Origin: Octopus vulgaris
Lineage: Eukaryota
Length of the DNA stretch: 64,000 bases
Assembly: GCA_951406725.2 (NCBI GenBank)
Contig: OX597820.1
Coordinates: 87,048,001 to 87,112,000, forward strand
Reading direction: 5' to 3'
Below, in pieces: positions 24,661 through 39,148 of the stretch. How positions within the stretch are numbered: position 1 is the stretch's first letter; every line of letters begins with the position of its first letter. The notes beneath the pieces are model-generated. The model worked only from the letters and a program-made list of their open reading frames with translations. It was not told the DNA's origin and made no database searches. A program made the position numbers and the translations under genes.

Positions 24661-25102
24661 TATTATTATCACTATTGTTGTTGTTGTAGCTGTCATTGTT
24701 GTTGCTATTCATTATTTCCTGGCAAGTTTTGAACAAAAACTTGGGATGAGAATATGGCAGAAAAGGTTAACTAGCACAAAGGTAAAAATTTATTTGACAT
24801 TTTCAAAATCGATATCAGAATAGAAGATTTAAAATTACATGAATACGCATAAGAGTTAATCTTTAATGAAGCTCGAAGTTTTTACTAATATGCAGGTATA
24901 TACATATATATATATATATAGTGAAGGGAAGAAATGGAGCCTTCACTAAATATATAAAACTTCAATTATCCGCGCTAAAGCACGGGGGCGAAACCCCATG
25001 GTCGTAACCTCAACCGTGTCTTTTCTGGTGTGATTTTTGCTACACAGGTATCGGTTAAATTTTGAATAATCCGTAACAAGATAATTCATTTATCCATTTC
25101 AT

Positions 25103-25196
<94 letters not shown>

Positions 25197-25246
25197 TTTG
25201 TCTGTCTGTCTGTCTGAATGTATGTATGTATGTATGTATGTATACA

Positions 25247-26032
25247 CTAGCTTAAAAGCCGTATTATTGGGTGGCTTTTAAGCTAGTATATAACTTTTAA
25301 GCAACTGACCCTGAATGGGAAGATCTGCAAACAGATCTCTGGCTTGTTTTGGCGAATTTGTTGCAGTTGTTTCCTCCAGAGTCATAACCCAATGACGATC
25401 ATATTCGTCGCAAAAAATCATGTAAAATAAAATCGCCGAAAAGAATCGCATAATGGAAACATAGGAATCCAAAATTTTAGGATTGCAGGTCCGTATTCGG
25501 CCCGGAATGTTTGTAATATAGTCACAGAGTTGACCTTTGGATTATAAAAATTGTTATCGTGCAAAAAAAATTGTTGCAAAAGTCACGTAAAAAAATCTCC
25601 GAAAACAATCACAGTAGTGAAAACTTCGGGATCCAAAATATCAGAATTGTGGGTCCGGATTCGACCCGGAATGTTTTCAATTTACTCACGGAGTCAGCCT
25701 GATTCCAAAATGGTATGCCATGTTGGGCTACAGTAACTCGGACTAAAGTTGAAAAAGTGTGATACACTGACACACTGACATTCATATTTATTATATTACT
25801 AGCCCTATCGGGCGTCTTTTAAGCTAACTCATGTCGAAGGCTCTTCATTGGGCCTTGGGGCCAACAATGATACTTTATGCATTGAGTACATATAAAATTT
25901 TATTAAACTTGACCAATATTTTTCAAGCAATGAACAATTTTCATCAAAACAATGATATAATTTGTAGACTTGGAACTTATTGCAAAGCTTCATGATAAAC
26001 AGCATCTTTTGTCTTCCCATTCGGGGGTTAGT
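25247..26032 (-). mobile_element. Helitron-derived fragments
   Basis: Minus 25300-25410 translates DRHWVMTLEETTATNSPKQARDLFA, like the RepHel DxHWxxTLEEA...SPxQLRDLFA motif. An ACTAG...CTAGT-bounded hairpin lies at 25246-25287. Confidence 0.6.
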
Positions 26033-27051
26033 ACAATTTTTTTCTGTCCAACCTCTTTCTCTTTCTTTCTCTCTCTCTCTTTCTCTTGATTGTTTTCAAC
26101 CATCACCAGTACCTCCACCATCACCACCACAACTGCTATACACATACCATTCAGACTTCTGACGCCACCACCATCAATACTTTTGATTTCGCCGCCTTCC
26201 CCTCCACAACCAACACCACTGTCTTTCACATCGCTTACTTACTCTCACCATAATTCCCGGAATTTTGAGCAAGTGCCTTTACCATAACCTTGCTTAATCC
26301 AAAACCTGTAAAATTAAATTAGTGGAGGCAGTTACCATTTTTGTAGCGGTAAAAAAAAGGCGGTCCCAGGTATGATTTTGCTAGGAGAAATATTACGGTG
26401 ATAGTGGGACCTTATAATTGGAACGATTTTGAGGTCTCTGGCTTCATGTTGCTCGTGATTAAGAGGCAGGGCATGGCACGATGATATTCTTTTGGTGTGA
26501 GTAGCGTTTTCGATTTCGTGCTATTGAAAGGGAGAAGATTGGCATGCCTTCATCACTGAAGAATGCTTTCGAGGACTTGATTCATATAATCAATATGGGT
26601 TGGCGTGTGATGTCAAAGTTGGGAATGAATGAGGTATGGTTGTACGAAGTAGGAAAGCGTGATGGCTGCTGTGGGATGTGACGGCAAGTAAGCCAAGGAT
26701 ATATAAAAGGAAGAGTATGAGAAACAAAACCGAACCTTGGAACACGGTAAAGTTGATAGGATAAGGTACAGTAAGAACTCTTTTGTCTCACGCTGCGATA
26801 CCGCACACTGAAGTAAACCAGCTTTCCAGGGCATGACAGACACGTGGAGAGAATGAAAGCAAATTCCAGCTGGAATCCACCTGCAAGGTCATTTGGTGTT
26901 TATTTTGATATGAGGTCAATATGTCGCGCATTTTTGGTTGTGATGCATGTGCCTGGTGTACCGTTATCAGACATGTAGTCATAATGGATTTATTGGGTTT
27001 CGTATAGTTGTACGTCAGCGTCACTTTGATGACATGTGCTGCTTTCACACT

Positions 27052-27103
<52 letters not shown>

Positions 27104-27306
27104 CTTTTTTACTCTAGGTACAAGGCCCGACATTTTTAGGGAGAGGCCAGTCGATTAGATCGACCGCAGTACGTAACTGCTACTTAATTTATTGATCCCG
27201 AAAGGATGAAAGGCAAAGTCGACCTCAGTGGAATTTGAACCCAGAACGTAAAGACAGGCGAAATACCGCTAAGCATTTCGCCCGAAGTGCTAACGTTTCT
27301 GCCGCC

Positions 27307-27359
<53 letters not shown>

Positions 27360-27469
27360 GTACATCGTAAAAGGCAATACGTAAGACAATTACAGGTTAT
27401 TATTCTGTTTGCCGGCCCCTTATGTGGTGGAAATTATTGACTGGAATAGTTGCAGAGTCAATGTACGGA

Positions 27470-29235
27470 CATATGAAAAAAATTGGATTCCTGCCACATG
27501 AGGTACCAAGGATGAACTCCTAGTAGACAAAACTGTACTTAGAGACTGCAAGAAGAGGGAAACTAACTTAGACATGTCATGGGTCGATTATCGTAAGGCA
27601 TACGATATATTCCCACAATCTTGAATTATGGAATGTATGAAACTATTTGGTATTGCATCGAATGTCGAGCGATTGCTTGGGAAAAGGATGGCGAAGTGGA
27701 GGACGGAAGTGACAGCATATGGAAGCAGCTTAGGGACAGTAGAAATCAGGAGAGGCATCTTCCAAGGGGACTTCCTGTCCCCACTGATCTTTGTACTGTG
27801 CATGCTAGTACTAACACTGATTCTGAGGAAAGCAAAAGCTTTGTATGTATTCAAGAGCCGCCAACAAAATGTCAACCGTCGGGGGAGGTTATGAAGCAAA
27901 TAGAAGAAACGGCCTATAAGTACTTAGGGATTTTGGAAATGGATAAATTAATGGAGAAAGAAGTGACAGAAAAACTTAAGGTGGAGTACTTGCGTAGACT
28001 GAGACTAATCCTTAAGGCGAAATTAAACGGGGAATAAAATTGAAACTATCAACGCCTGGACGGTTTCACTCCTTAGATAAGGAGCAGGAGTAATCGCATG
28101 GACAGTAGACGAACTAAACTGCTTAAATAGAAAGGCAAGGAAGCTGCTAACTAGATATGGGACACTCCACCCAAAAAGTGACACAGACAAACTGTATGTA
28201 CCAAGAAAAAGAGGTGGGAAGAGGATTGATTAGATGCGAGTACAGCATTAGAGTAGAAGAAAACAACATAGCATGGTATGTAAAAAATGTCACAGAACCG
28301 CTTTTAATGGAAGAAGGTCAGGCTTGTGTAGGATGGAAGATTGCAACGATAAATCACTGTACAAGCACTTGAGAATGAATGAAACCGAAAATAGGTGGAT
28401 AAAGAAAAGAATGCATGGACAATTTCATAGGGAAGATAAGGCACACAGAGAAAAAGATGGCAATGAATGACTAAAATTGATTTAAAACCGGAAACGGAGG
28501 CTCTAATCTGTGCTGCCGAAGAGCAAGCACTAAGAACCAGATACATCAAATACAGAGTAGACAATACATCAGAAAGTGATAAGTGCAGAATTTGTGGACA
28601 AAATGGAGAAACCGCATGGCATATTGCCAGTCAATGTACGCCACTAGCTCAGAAAGAATATAAGAGACATCATGACAACATAGCAAGGATTGTCCATTGG
28701 ACACTTTGCAACAAGTATAGACTCGACGGGGCAAAAAAGTGGGACGAACATAAACCCGAAGGCATCATCGAAAATGATAATGCAAAGATCCTATGGGATT
28801 TTATGATTCAGTGCAACCATGAGATAGAGAATAGGAAACCAGACATAGTGTTAATTGAGAAAGAAAGCAAACGATGCTGGATCATATTAATAGCATGCCC
28901 AGCTGACAACAAGGTATGCGATAAGGAAGAAAGAAAAGTTGAGAGATATTATAGGTTAGCTTGGAAGGTTAAGCAATTGTGGTCGATGGAAAAGGTGATA
29001 GTAGTAGTAGTAGTAGTACCAATAATTGTCGAAGACCTGAGAACAGTAAGTAAAAAAAAGTACATGGAACAAACAGGGGCTGCAATAAGAGTGGAGCACT
29101 TGCAGAAAACAGCACTGCTTGGAACCGCTCGAACACTTTCGGATGTTGCTCGAAAAATAAGGGGTGTTACCTTAGTTCACTGGTAGTGAACAGCTGACAC
29201 TGTAGTACATCTCCAGCGTTAGAAGCTGTGCAAAG
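27470..29235 (+). mobile_element. R4/Dong-clade non-LTR retrotransposon, 5'-truncated and frameshifted (RT, CCHC knuckle, restriction-like endonuclease)
   Basis: [35 protein letters not shown]-x8-H-x4-C, KRHHDNIA, ILWDF, RKPDIVLIEK, LQKTALLGTAR. (AAT)n lies upstream (27308-27357) and at the 3' end. Confidence 0.95.
28467..29186 (+). pseudogene. Longest open remnant (239 aa) of the R4/Dong ORF: zinc knuckle plus PD-(D/E)xK endonuclease
   Basis: ORF-track translation. The expected second catalytic Asp (consensus IID) reads IIL, and a (GTA)n expansion sits inside the ORF. Confidence 0.9.
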
Positions 29236-29481
29236 ATAATAAAATCATAATAATAATTCTTTCTATTATAGGTACACGGCTTGAAATTTTGTGGTAGGGG
29301 ACTAGTCGATTACATCGACCCCAGTGTTTCAGTGATGCTTAATGTATCTACCCACGAAAGGATGAAAGCAAAGTCGATCTCGGTGAAATTTGAAAGTCGA
29401 TCTCAGAACTTAACGGCAGACGAAATACCGTCAGGCATTTCACCTGGCGTGCGAACAATCCTGCCAGTTCGTCGCCTTAAC

Positions 29482-29525
<44 letters not shown>

Positions 29526-29690
29526 TTTTATGCTATAGACACAAGGCCCGTATAAAGTCGCATTATCAGGATATTGTGGACCACGCAGAATCAACCAAAA
29601 ACATCCGAGGTAATTCGATAATTAGCTTTACTCTAGCTTTCTGCGGAGTACCTACAAACACAGAGGCTAGGGTACTCTGTAGGTGTCTGT

Positions 29691-29721
<31 letters not shown>

Positions 29722-30503
29722 CGACACGCACATACACACACATTCTGGGTGTAACGTCCTTCCAAGTATTTTATGAAATCCAACGTTTAGCAGAAGGATT
29801 CAGGGTTAAAGCAAAGGTAAAACTAACGAAACCAATTAACAGTAAGTCTGTTGAAGTCTGGTTTATTTATTTACTTGAATTTTATTTATAATTAAGAGGA
29901 ACAACCTCTGTAAATCTTTTTAAGACTTCCAATATTGGTGAGAAGGCTACATGAAGTTATTCTCGGACAGGAGACCTACCCAGAATGTTTACTACAAAGT
30001 AGACTCTATTAAAGATAAGCAGTAGAATCAAAATTTGGTGCTAATCCGAACTACAGATTAAAACTAACCACCAAGAACAAGAATGGTTCCTTCAATGAGT
30101 TTTCTGTCCGCTGACTTATACTTAGAAGCTTTTGCATATGCTGAGATTAAAGCTGAAACTAATCCTAAATGTTATTGTGAGATCGACATCAAAACCAGTT
30201 TCGAAGAGAAATTCTTAACCATATGCTTGCCTGAAACCATTTCACTTTGCCTGCGTCAGTCATGCTGATGGAAGTTTATATCTTATAACGTCCTATATGT
30301 ACGCTCTCTGAATCATAACATCATTGGTGTCTTAAGAGAAAACCAAATTTTTGACAGAACAAATAACGAAGATTTTAGCTTTTCCTTTTGGTCCTGTAAA
30401 ACTTCCCAATTGGATACCACGATACCACGATACAGCAGATAAAGTTCCGGTTAACCCAAACCAAGACCGTGGCTCGATTCTTGGTTGTAACTATTTTACT
30501 TAC

Positions 30504-31053
30504 TCTGCTGTTGCAACTTATAACAGCATAGCTATCGCAATTCCTATTTTACTCTCTGGAGCCCGTAGAAATGTTCACCAGTTGATGGCTACTTCGAGTC
30601 ACTGCACGTCATACTGACAGTTACCAACCATACACGCATACGAGTGTATCAAATGATAGCTTAGCACTGAATTTGACATTGTAAAGATTAAATATAAAAT
30701 AAAAATTAAGAGAGATTAACTTGTTCGATTAATAATTCACACTGAAAGTAATCCTGCACTTGCTCAGTAAACATTGTATGCACGAGTTGCTACTACCTGT
30801 AGCCGGATTTAATATTAATCTAAAATAAATCTTCTCTGGATTCTCATTGAAGTTGTTATTTGTTTATTTTTGAAGATAATAATGGAGGCATTTCTCCGCC
30901 ACCGCCACCGTCAGGTTCTTTGTTTTTCATCGCTAACTGACGATTAAATTCCTAATAGAGAAAATTCAGGGCAACTCGTAGTGTGTGTCAGTAACTATTA
31001 TACAGTGATGTCGGTGCGTTAGGATATCTGATATTTCGGAGCTGTCCCTAAAT
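30504..31053 (-). other. Candidate internal non-coding exon
   Basis: Acceptor TTTTTTCTCTCTCTCTTAG| at 31054 and donor AGA|GTAAGT at 30503, in a repeat-poor island. Only short ORFs lie inside. Confidence 0.25.
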
Positions 31054-31539
31054 CTAAGAGAGAGAGAAAAAATATTTCAATGGATGTTTGCTCTCTTCTT
31101 TCAGCTAACGAACCAATCTTAAAACATCAGAAAGCTATTTTCTCCACTGTGTAGGAACTTATCCAAACTCACAAAGTACACCTACGAATTGCTTATATCG
31201 AGAGGGATTGAATGGCGCTGTTAAACGCTATTATGCACTAAACTACATATTTTATGGCACTTGACTGAGTACAAGTAATGTTGTGACATCTTTTATTGAC
31301 ATCATTTATAACTTATGATGATTATATATAGTTTCAAGTAACGATTTTTATTATGGACAAAAGATAACACATTATTTATAATGGCTGTTATTGATGAAAT
31401 TTCCCTTTTCCCAATAATTGTCTAGTATTTAATTTGTCGACCACACAATAATGAAAAACAGTCTACTCCGAAGGGAATTGAACGCAGAGCCTGCTGTTAA
31501 TTCTGACTATCCTCTTCCTAAATAATAAAAAGAATTACG

Positions 31540-31679
31540 CAGGGCCAGCTCTAAGTGCTCATGGGCCCAGATGCTGTAAAAATGACGTGTGTCTCCACCC
31601 CATCGAAGTATGATGAAATTATATTAAACATGAACCCAGGTGCTGCAGAATCGATAGCACTCACCTTAAGATGGCACTG
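31540..31679. mobile_element. Small hAT-like MITE
   Basis: Imperfect TIRs CAGGGCCAGCTCTAAG / CTTAAGATGGCACTG; no clear TSD. Confidence 0.45.
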
Positions 31680-33734
31680 TTTTCCTGCCACCAATGATGA
31701 AATGAGAACAGCAACTGTCATGTCTGAACGAGTCTAACACATTTCACTCCAACGTGGCCACCACCAGATACTGTAGATGTAAAGACAATACAATGAGGTG
31801 GGCTTATAAGTGGTCGATACCTTGCTAGAAACATCAGCCAAATGTTTCTCAAAATACACACCACTTTCTTTTATAAACGGTGAAGAGATTGCACAATATA
31901 GTCCTCGATTCTCTCCCATCTAAAAAAGACCAAATGGTCACATCTCAAATATTTTTGATCCTATGTCAGCTCAAAAAAGTCCACTCGGGACTAAACACCA
32001 ACAACATCAAGAAGAGAAGTAATGAGAGAGCAAGACAAGGGGTTGCTCAGTTTAACAGAAAGTGCAAGCAAATTCCACTCAAATCACAAGTGTTTAAATA
32101 AGGGTACATTAGATACTCTTTGCTCTTTTATTTGTTTCAGTCATTTGACTGTGGTCATGCTGGAGCACCGCCTTTAGTCGAGCAAATCGACCCCAGGATT
32201 TATTCTTTGTAAGCCTAGTATTTATTCTATCGGTATCTATTGCCGAACCGCTAAGTTACGGGGACGTAAACACACCAGCATCGGTTGTCAAACGATGTTG
32301 GAGGGACAAACACCGACACTCACACACACACACACACATACATACATACATACACATATATATATATATATATATCTATATATGTATGTATATATATATA
32401 TAAACATATATGTATATACATATATACGACGAGCTTCTTTCAGTTTCCGTCTACCAAATCCACTCACAAAGCTTTGGTCGGCTCGAGGCTATAGTAGAAG
32501 ACACTTGCCCAAGGTTCCACGCAGTGGGATTGAATCCGAAACCATGTGGTCCGTAAGCAAGCTACTTACCACACAGCCACTCCTACGCCTATTGTAACTT
32601 TGGATATACTTCAATACACCATCAATAACAGCATCAGCTTTATTGAAATAAACTGGGCAGCAAAGCGAATATATGTTCAGATTTTTAAACTGCTTCCCAT
32701 GTTTTTAACCACTATATGCAGCAGGGTACTAATAGTCCTCAAATAGAGGAGGTATGGCATATCTAGAGCAGCAAATCTGTGTATAGTGCTGAGTCGCTCC
32801 ACCGACTACCTTCGCCCCATATATATCAGATCCATCACAACAATATGCACAATAATAAATTTGGTTTCATCTTTCGGCACAGAGAATATTATTGCATTAG
32901 TTGCAATGATATTGGAGTATACAGGTAGGGAAATGGGTAGATAATTGGGGCAAATGCATGTTGGGCCGGGTAAATATAGGAGAAAATAGGAATGAGGTAC
33001 GAAGATCCGGGAGATTTCGTGTACGTTTAATTTCATTTTTATTGTTGCAGTAGGGATGAATAAATAGCAGCTTACAAGGTTGAGCGTGAGACTATAGACT
33101 AACAATCTGACAAATATAACTGTCAAGGTGTAATTATGGGTCTTAACAAACTTTTATTCTTTTACTGGTTTTAGTCATTAGACTGCGGCCATGATGGGGT
33201 AGTAACTTCAAAGTATTTAGTCGATCCTTTATTTCAGTTTCAGTTGAGTAAGTTTTCATTGACCAAATTTTACTTACAAAGTCACCACCAGCATAGAGTA
33301 GACGTTACTTTCCTAAAGGACTATACGCTGCAGAATCGAACTCGTAACTAGGTGGTTAAGAAAAGAACTTCCTGAACCCGCAACTCCTGGCTATGTGGTA
33401 AGTAGTTTGCTTACCAACCGCATGGTTCCGGGTTCAGTCCCACTGCATGGCACCTTGGGCAAGTGTCTTCTACTATGGCCTCAGGCCGACCAAAACCTTG
33501 TGAGTGGATTTTGTAGAAGGAAACTGAAAGAAGCCCGTCGTATATATGCGCGCGCGCGTGTTTGTATTTGTCGCTTGACAACCGGTGTTGAGGTGTTCAC
33601 GTCCCCGTAACTTAGCGGTTTGGCAAAAGAAACCGATAGAATAAGTACTAGGCTGGGGTCAATATGTTCGACTAAAGGCGGTGCTCCGGCTTGGCCGCAG
33701 TCAAATGGCTGAAACAAATAAAAAGAATTATATA

Positions 33735-33900
33735 TATATTAGAAGGAAAAGACAACAAAAATCAAGGCAAGGCGAGTATCTCAAGTCATTTAGAATATAT
33801 AATTAAATATACTCTAATTAAATATTCTTAGTTAAATATTCTAAATGACTTTAGATACTCGCCTTGCCTTAGTTTAGTTGTTCTTTTTCCTCTAACATAT
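33735..33900. repeat. Long imperfect inverted repeat at the end of a microsatellite-flanked ~310-bp element (33735-34045)
   Basis: aaggcaaggcgagtatct (33764-33781) pairs with agatactcgccttgcctt (33853-33870). aagtcatttagaatat pairs with atattctaaatgactt. Outer arms pair imperfectly. Confidence 0.85.
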
Positions 33901-34746
33901 ACCTGATAACCCGGAAGCCTAATACGGATCCCTAGCTCCAGCCTCAGCTGTGGACTTGGAACCTAACGGATGACCAAATATAGCACTCCTACAGCGTACC
34001 TATTCGTTTAGATTACCAGTGAACTAAACCCCTCATATTCCTTATATATGTGTGTGTGTGTGTGTATGTGTGTGTGCGTGTGTGCGTACGTGTGTGTGTG
34101 TGTGTGTGGCTATGTGGTAAGAAGCTTGCTTACCAGCTACATGGTTCCGGGTTCAGTTCCATTGCGTGGCAACTTGGGTAAGTGCCTTCTACTATGTGGA
34201 TTTGGTAGACGGAAACTGAAAGAACCCCGTCGAATACATACACACACAAAGACACACACACACACACACACCTATATATATATGTATGTATGAATTTGTA
34301 TATATGTATGTATGCATGAATTTGTGTCTGTGATTGTCCCACCACCATCGCTTGACAACCGATGTTGGTGTGTTTACGTCCCCGTGACTTAGCTGTTCGG
34401 CAAAAGAGACCGATAGAATAAGTACTAGGCTTACAAACAATAAGTCCCGGGGTCGATTTGTTCGACCAAAGGCGGTGCTCCAGTATGGCCGCAGTCAAAT
34501 GACTGAAACAAATAAAGGGTAAAAGAATATATATGTGTATGTAGTCTGTATGTACGTATACACATATATATACATACATGTATATAGATATGTGTGTACA
34601 TACATATATATGTATGCATACACATGTATGTATGTATGTATGTATGTATGTATGTATGTATGTATGCATGCATGTATTTATGTATGTGTGTATAGATAGA
34701 TGGATAGATAGATAGATAGATAGGTAGATAGATAGATAGATAGATG

Positions 34747-34808
<62 letters not shown>

Positions 34809-34994
34809 GAGATAGAGAGATATATAGATAGAGACAGACAGATTGGCACGAATCTAGTCCTTTACAATAGGTTCGTATTTCAAGTTACCGGTCTGTCTCC
34901 AGATTAGATATAAAATGCCTTCGTATCTAGTTTAGGTATCAGTAACTTAGAAATCGACTAACCAGATGCGAGGCACCAGCATTTATACTCATAC

Positions 34995-35069
<75 letters not shown>

Positions 35070-35116
35070 CATCTATCTATCTATCTTCATTATGCACATG
35101 TTTGTACATGAGCATG

Positions 35117-35150
<34 letters not shown>

Positions 35151-36559
35151 AGGAGTGTGTGCGCGTGTGTGCGTGCATGTATGCGTGCGCGTGTGCCTGC
35201 GCACAAGCGGATGTATGTATGATGTATGGGGCTTTCTGCGAAGGGTATAAACATTGACAAAATACTGGTGTTTTACTGGCGATGTTCCTTGAAATACTTG
35301 TTCAGCATCGAGTTACAAGTACTTCATCGTCCTAAATGCAGAAATCAATTGATCGACCGGTTGGGAAAGTGTAACTAACAATGCTATTGATCACCAAGTG
35401 TTTATATCTTGAACGCTTTTGTTCATTGATTTTCACAACCAGAGCTGATCTAAACACAACAAGTTGTTAATGTACGACGAATGACTTGTAATACACTTTA
35501 TTTTGTTATTTTATTACAGTGTTTATTTTAGTCATTAGATTGTGGCCATGCTGGAGCTCCACCTTGACGGTTATATCGATTCCACTGATTGTTTTATCAC
35601 CTTCAGAATAATAAAATGCTTGGTGAACCCGAGCAAAATTTGTACCCAGAATTTAAAAAGATCAATGACTCTACATATCCATTATAAGAAATTTATTTCG
35701 GTACTCAATCGTCTCTACCAATTCATACCCCTCCCTGTTCAATTATTTTATACACAATCACAAAAAAGAAAAGTTATACATTCGTCAAATGTAGGTGATA
35801 TATATATCTTGACAAATCTCTCTTCCCTATCATATTATCGTTTCCTAGTGGAGTTTTGAATAAACATTTCCGCTCCTTGTCAAAATTGAATGCCAAATAA
35901 ATTGGACCTAGGGAAACGTTTGGTTGACAATAAACGATAAGGGGATTTTCTATTTTCACGAATCGCCAAAATAATTTCCGTATGACATTCATTCAATATG
36001 ATCTATTACAAATCGATAGCTGAAATCTAATATATGAGAAAATGTTATAGTCTCCAAGAACATTTAGATAGGGCAATTACAATAAATAGGTAATAGAAAT
36101 GATTGTGTAATAAGATATGGTATCTCTTCTTTATAATATAATAGCTGAAATTTAATAAACCACTAAATGTTATCTATTCCAATAATTTCAAAGAATACCT
36201 GGAGAAAACGTTTTACTTGATCTTTTGAAGACAATAAAGAAACCGCCCTGTTTCCGTCTTTAAAAGTTCAAAACGTAGTTTCGCCTAGAAGAGAGATTAT
36301 AATAGTTTAATATTAGTTAGATATTTAGCAACTAAATGAGTGACTCTAAAATCCCTAAAATCCCTGGTCACAGTAATGAATGATTCTATACCAAAAAAGG
36401 ATAGGTCGGAGGTGGGGTATTGGAAAATGTAAACCAGTGTTCCGTTAAGAATATAAATATAAATTGAAAGAGAATCCAATCGATTGATTCCATTGTATAA
36501 ATAGTTCTCTGATCAATCAATCAATTAATCAACCACTCTATCAATTAATCAATCAATTA

Positions 36560-36649
<90 letters not shown>

Positions 36650-36902
36650 ATATCTATCTATCTATCTATCTATCGATTTATCCATCTGTCTCTTTATCCA
36701 TCTACGTACATACATGTATGTATATATCTGCGCATGCATTTACTCACGTATTGATGTATGTATGAACGTATATATGTATGCGCGTACAAACGTTTCGCTT
36801 GATTTTTTTTATTATGATCTATTCCTACTTATATATCATGTTCGAATACATGACTATACAACAAATAAGAATTTATATTTATACTTCAATAAATAAACTC
36901 AC

Positions 36903-36948
<46 letters not shown>

Positions 36949-37583
36949 GCGCGCGCGCACACACACACACACACACACTCACACACTCAAAACATATATT
37001 AAGAGAAAATATATAGTATAATCATATTAATGGATATATATATATATATATACAAATACATACATATATATGTATATATATATATATATATATATACATA
37101 TATATGTACATATGCATGTATGTATATTTATATGCATGTGTATATGTATGTATGTATGTATGTATATATGTATGTATGTATGTATGTATATATGTATGTG
37201 TATATATATGTATGAATGTATGTATGTATGTATGTATTTGAGACATACTCAAATACACTCGTCAAGACACCGTGACAGCTACATTTGACACAGGAACCAT
37301 ATTATGTTTGACTAAATCTCTTATTGTGCTTTATGTCAGCTAGTGTTTCCATATACGAGAAATATATCCCCAAATCCCCAACTATATTAAATATCTGACA
37401 CGCGCGCGCTCACGCACACATACACATATTTTTTTTATTATTTGGCGTAAGGCTGCAAAAATGGCTTAGAACATCGTTTATAGCACTTAAATTCTATGAA
37501 ACTGCAACCTAGCTTAAGTATGTAATATGCGTGTCTGTGAATGCGTACAGGATATATATTCATATAAACACACACACACACAA

Positions 37584-37634
<51 letters not shown>

Positions 37635-38005
37635 TATATGGTAAGAAGTTTGGTTTGAACTACATGGTTCCGGGTTCAGTCCCACTGCGTGGTACCTTGG
37701 GCAAGTGTCTTTTACTATAGTCTCGGGCTGACCGAAGACTTGTGAGTTGATTTGGTAGATAGAAACTGAAAGAAGCTCGTCGTATATATATATACGCGCG
37801 CGTGTGTGTGTGTTTGTCCCCCACTATTGCTTGACAACCGATGCTGGTATGTTTACGTCCACGTAACTTAGCTGTTCGGCAAATGACACCAATAGAATAA
37901 GTACTATGGTTACAAAGAATAAGACCTGGGATCGATCTGTTCTACTAGAAGCGGTGCTCCAGCATGATCGCAGTCGAATGACTGAAACAAGTAAAAGATA
38001 AAACA

Positions 38006-38045
<40 letters not shown>

Positions 38046-38709
38046 ATATATATGATATATATATGTTCGTGTATGTATATATATACATATATACGCACGT
38101 GCATACATACATACGTGCATACATACTTTATAATCCTTTATATTTTATATAATCCTTTATATTTTACTTGTTTCAGTCATTGAACTGCAGCCATGCAGGG
38201 GCACCGCTTTGAGGAATTTTAGTCGAACGAATGGACTTCAATACCTATATGTTTTTAAGTTTGCTGAACCGCTAGATTATGGAGACGTAAACACACCAAG
38301 ACGTGTTGTCAAGCGATGGTGGGGCCAGACACACTCTCACACACGCATCTCTACAACAGGCTTCTTTCAGTTTCCGTCTACCATATCCACTCACAAGGCT
38401 TTAGCCGGCACGAAGCTATAGTAGAAGACACTTCCCCAACGTGCCACCCAGTGAGATTGAACACGGTATTGTGTGATTGAAAAATAGAACTTCTTACCAC
38501 ACAGCCACACATTTAAAATATATCATCATCGTGTGCGTGGGTGTGTCTACAGTCAGCAAGGCGGATGCTTTAGAAGATCGCTTTGTAATTACGAGACTCC
38601 TGGACAAGCGTTCTATTGGCCCCAATACTTATTTTTTTAGCCTGGTACTCATTCCATAGGTCTCTTTTGTCCTTAGCCATTACGCTATATATATATATAG
38701 GGTAATGGG

Positions 38710-38905
38710 TAGAGATCCTTTCGGTCACGAATGACCATGGGATTACACCTAGAAAGTTTCCCTCCGAGACACAAGTCTGTACAAAGTTGTTTGTGAAGAC
38801 CAGCAGTCGCCCATGCATACCAGCCCCCCCTCTTCACATCACGTGAAATAAAGCGTCTTGCTCAAAAGCACAACACACAGTCCGGTTCGGGAATCGAACT
38901 CACAG
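38710..38905 (-). mobile_element. SINE family D fragment (tRNA B box, CORE-like segment, distinct tail)
   Basis: Minus strand: gagttcgattccc...ttgagcaagacgcttt...gcatgggcgactgctggtcttc...cccatggtcattcgtgaccgaa. Confidence 0.7.
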
Positions 38906-38919
38906 CCTGTATATATGTA

Positions 38920-38975
<56 letters not shown>

Positions 38976-39148
38976 ACACACACACACACACAACGGTTTC
39001 TTTCATTTTTTGTCTGCCAAATCCGCTCACAAGGCTTTGGTCGGTCCATGATTGTAGCAAAAGGTACATGGCCAAGGTACCTCGCAGTGCAACTGAACCA
39101 GGACAATGTGTTCTTACCAAGCATATACACACACATAATTAGATTGAT

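Noticed and set aside
30797-30819. 23-nt minus-strand microexon (TTTTAG|...ACAG|GTAGTA)
   Set aside because: The donor is weak and such sites are expected by chance in AT-rich DNA.
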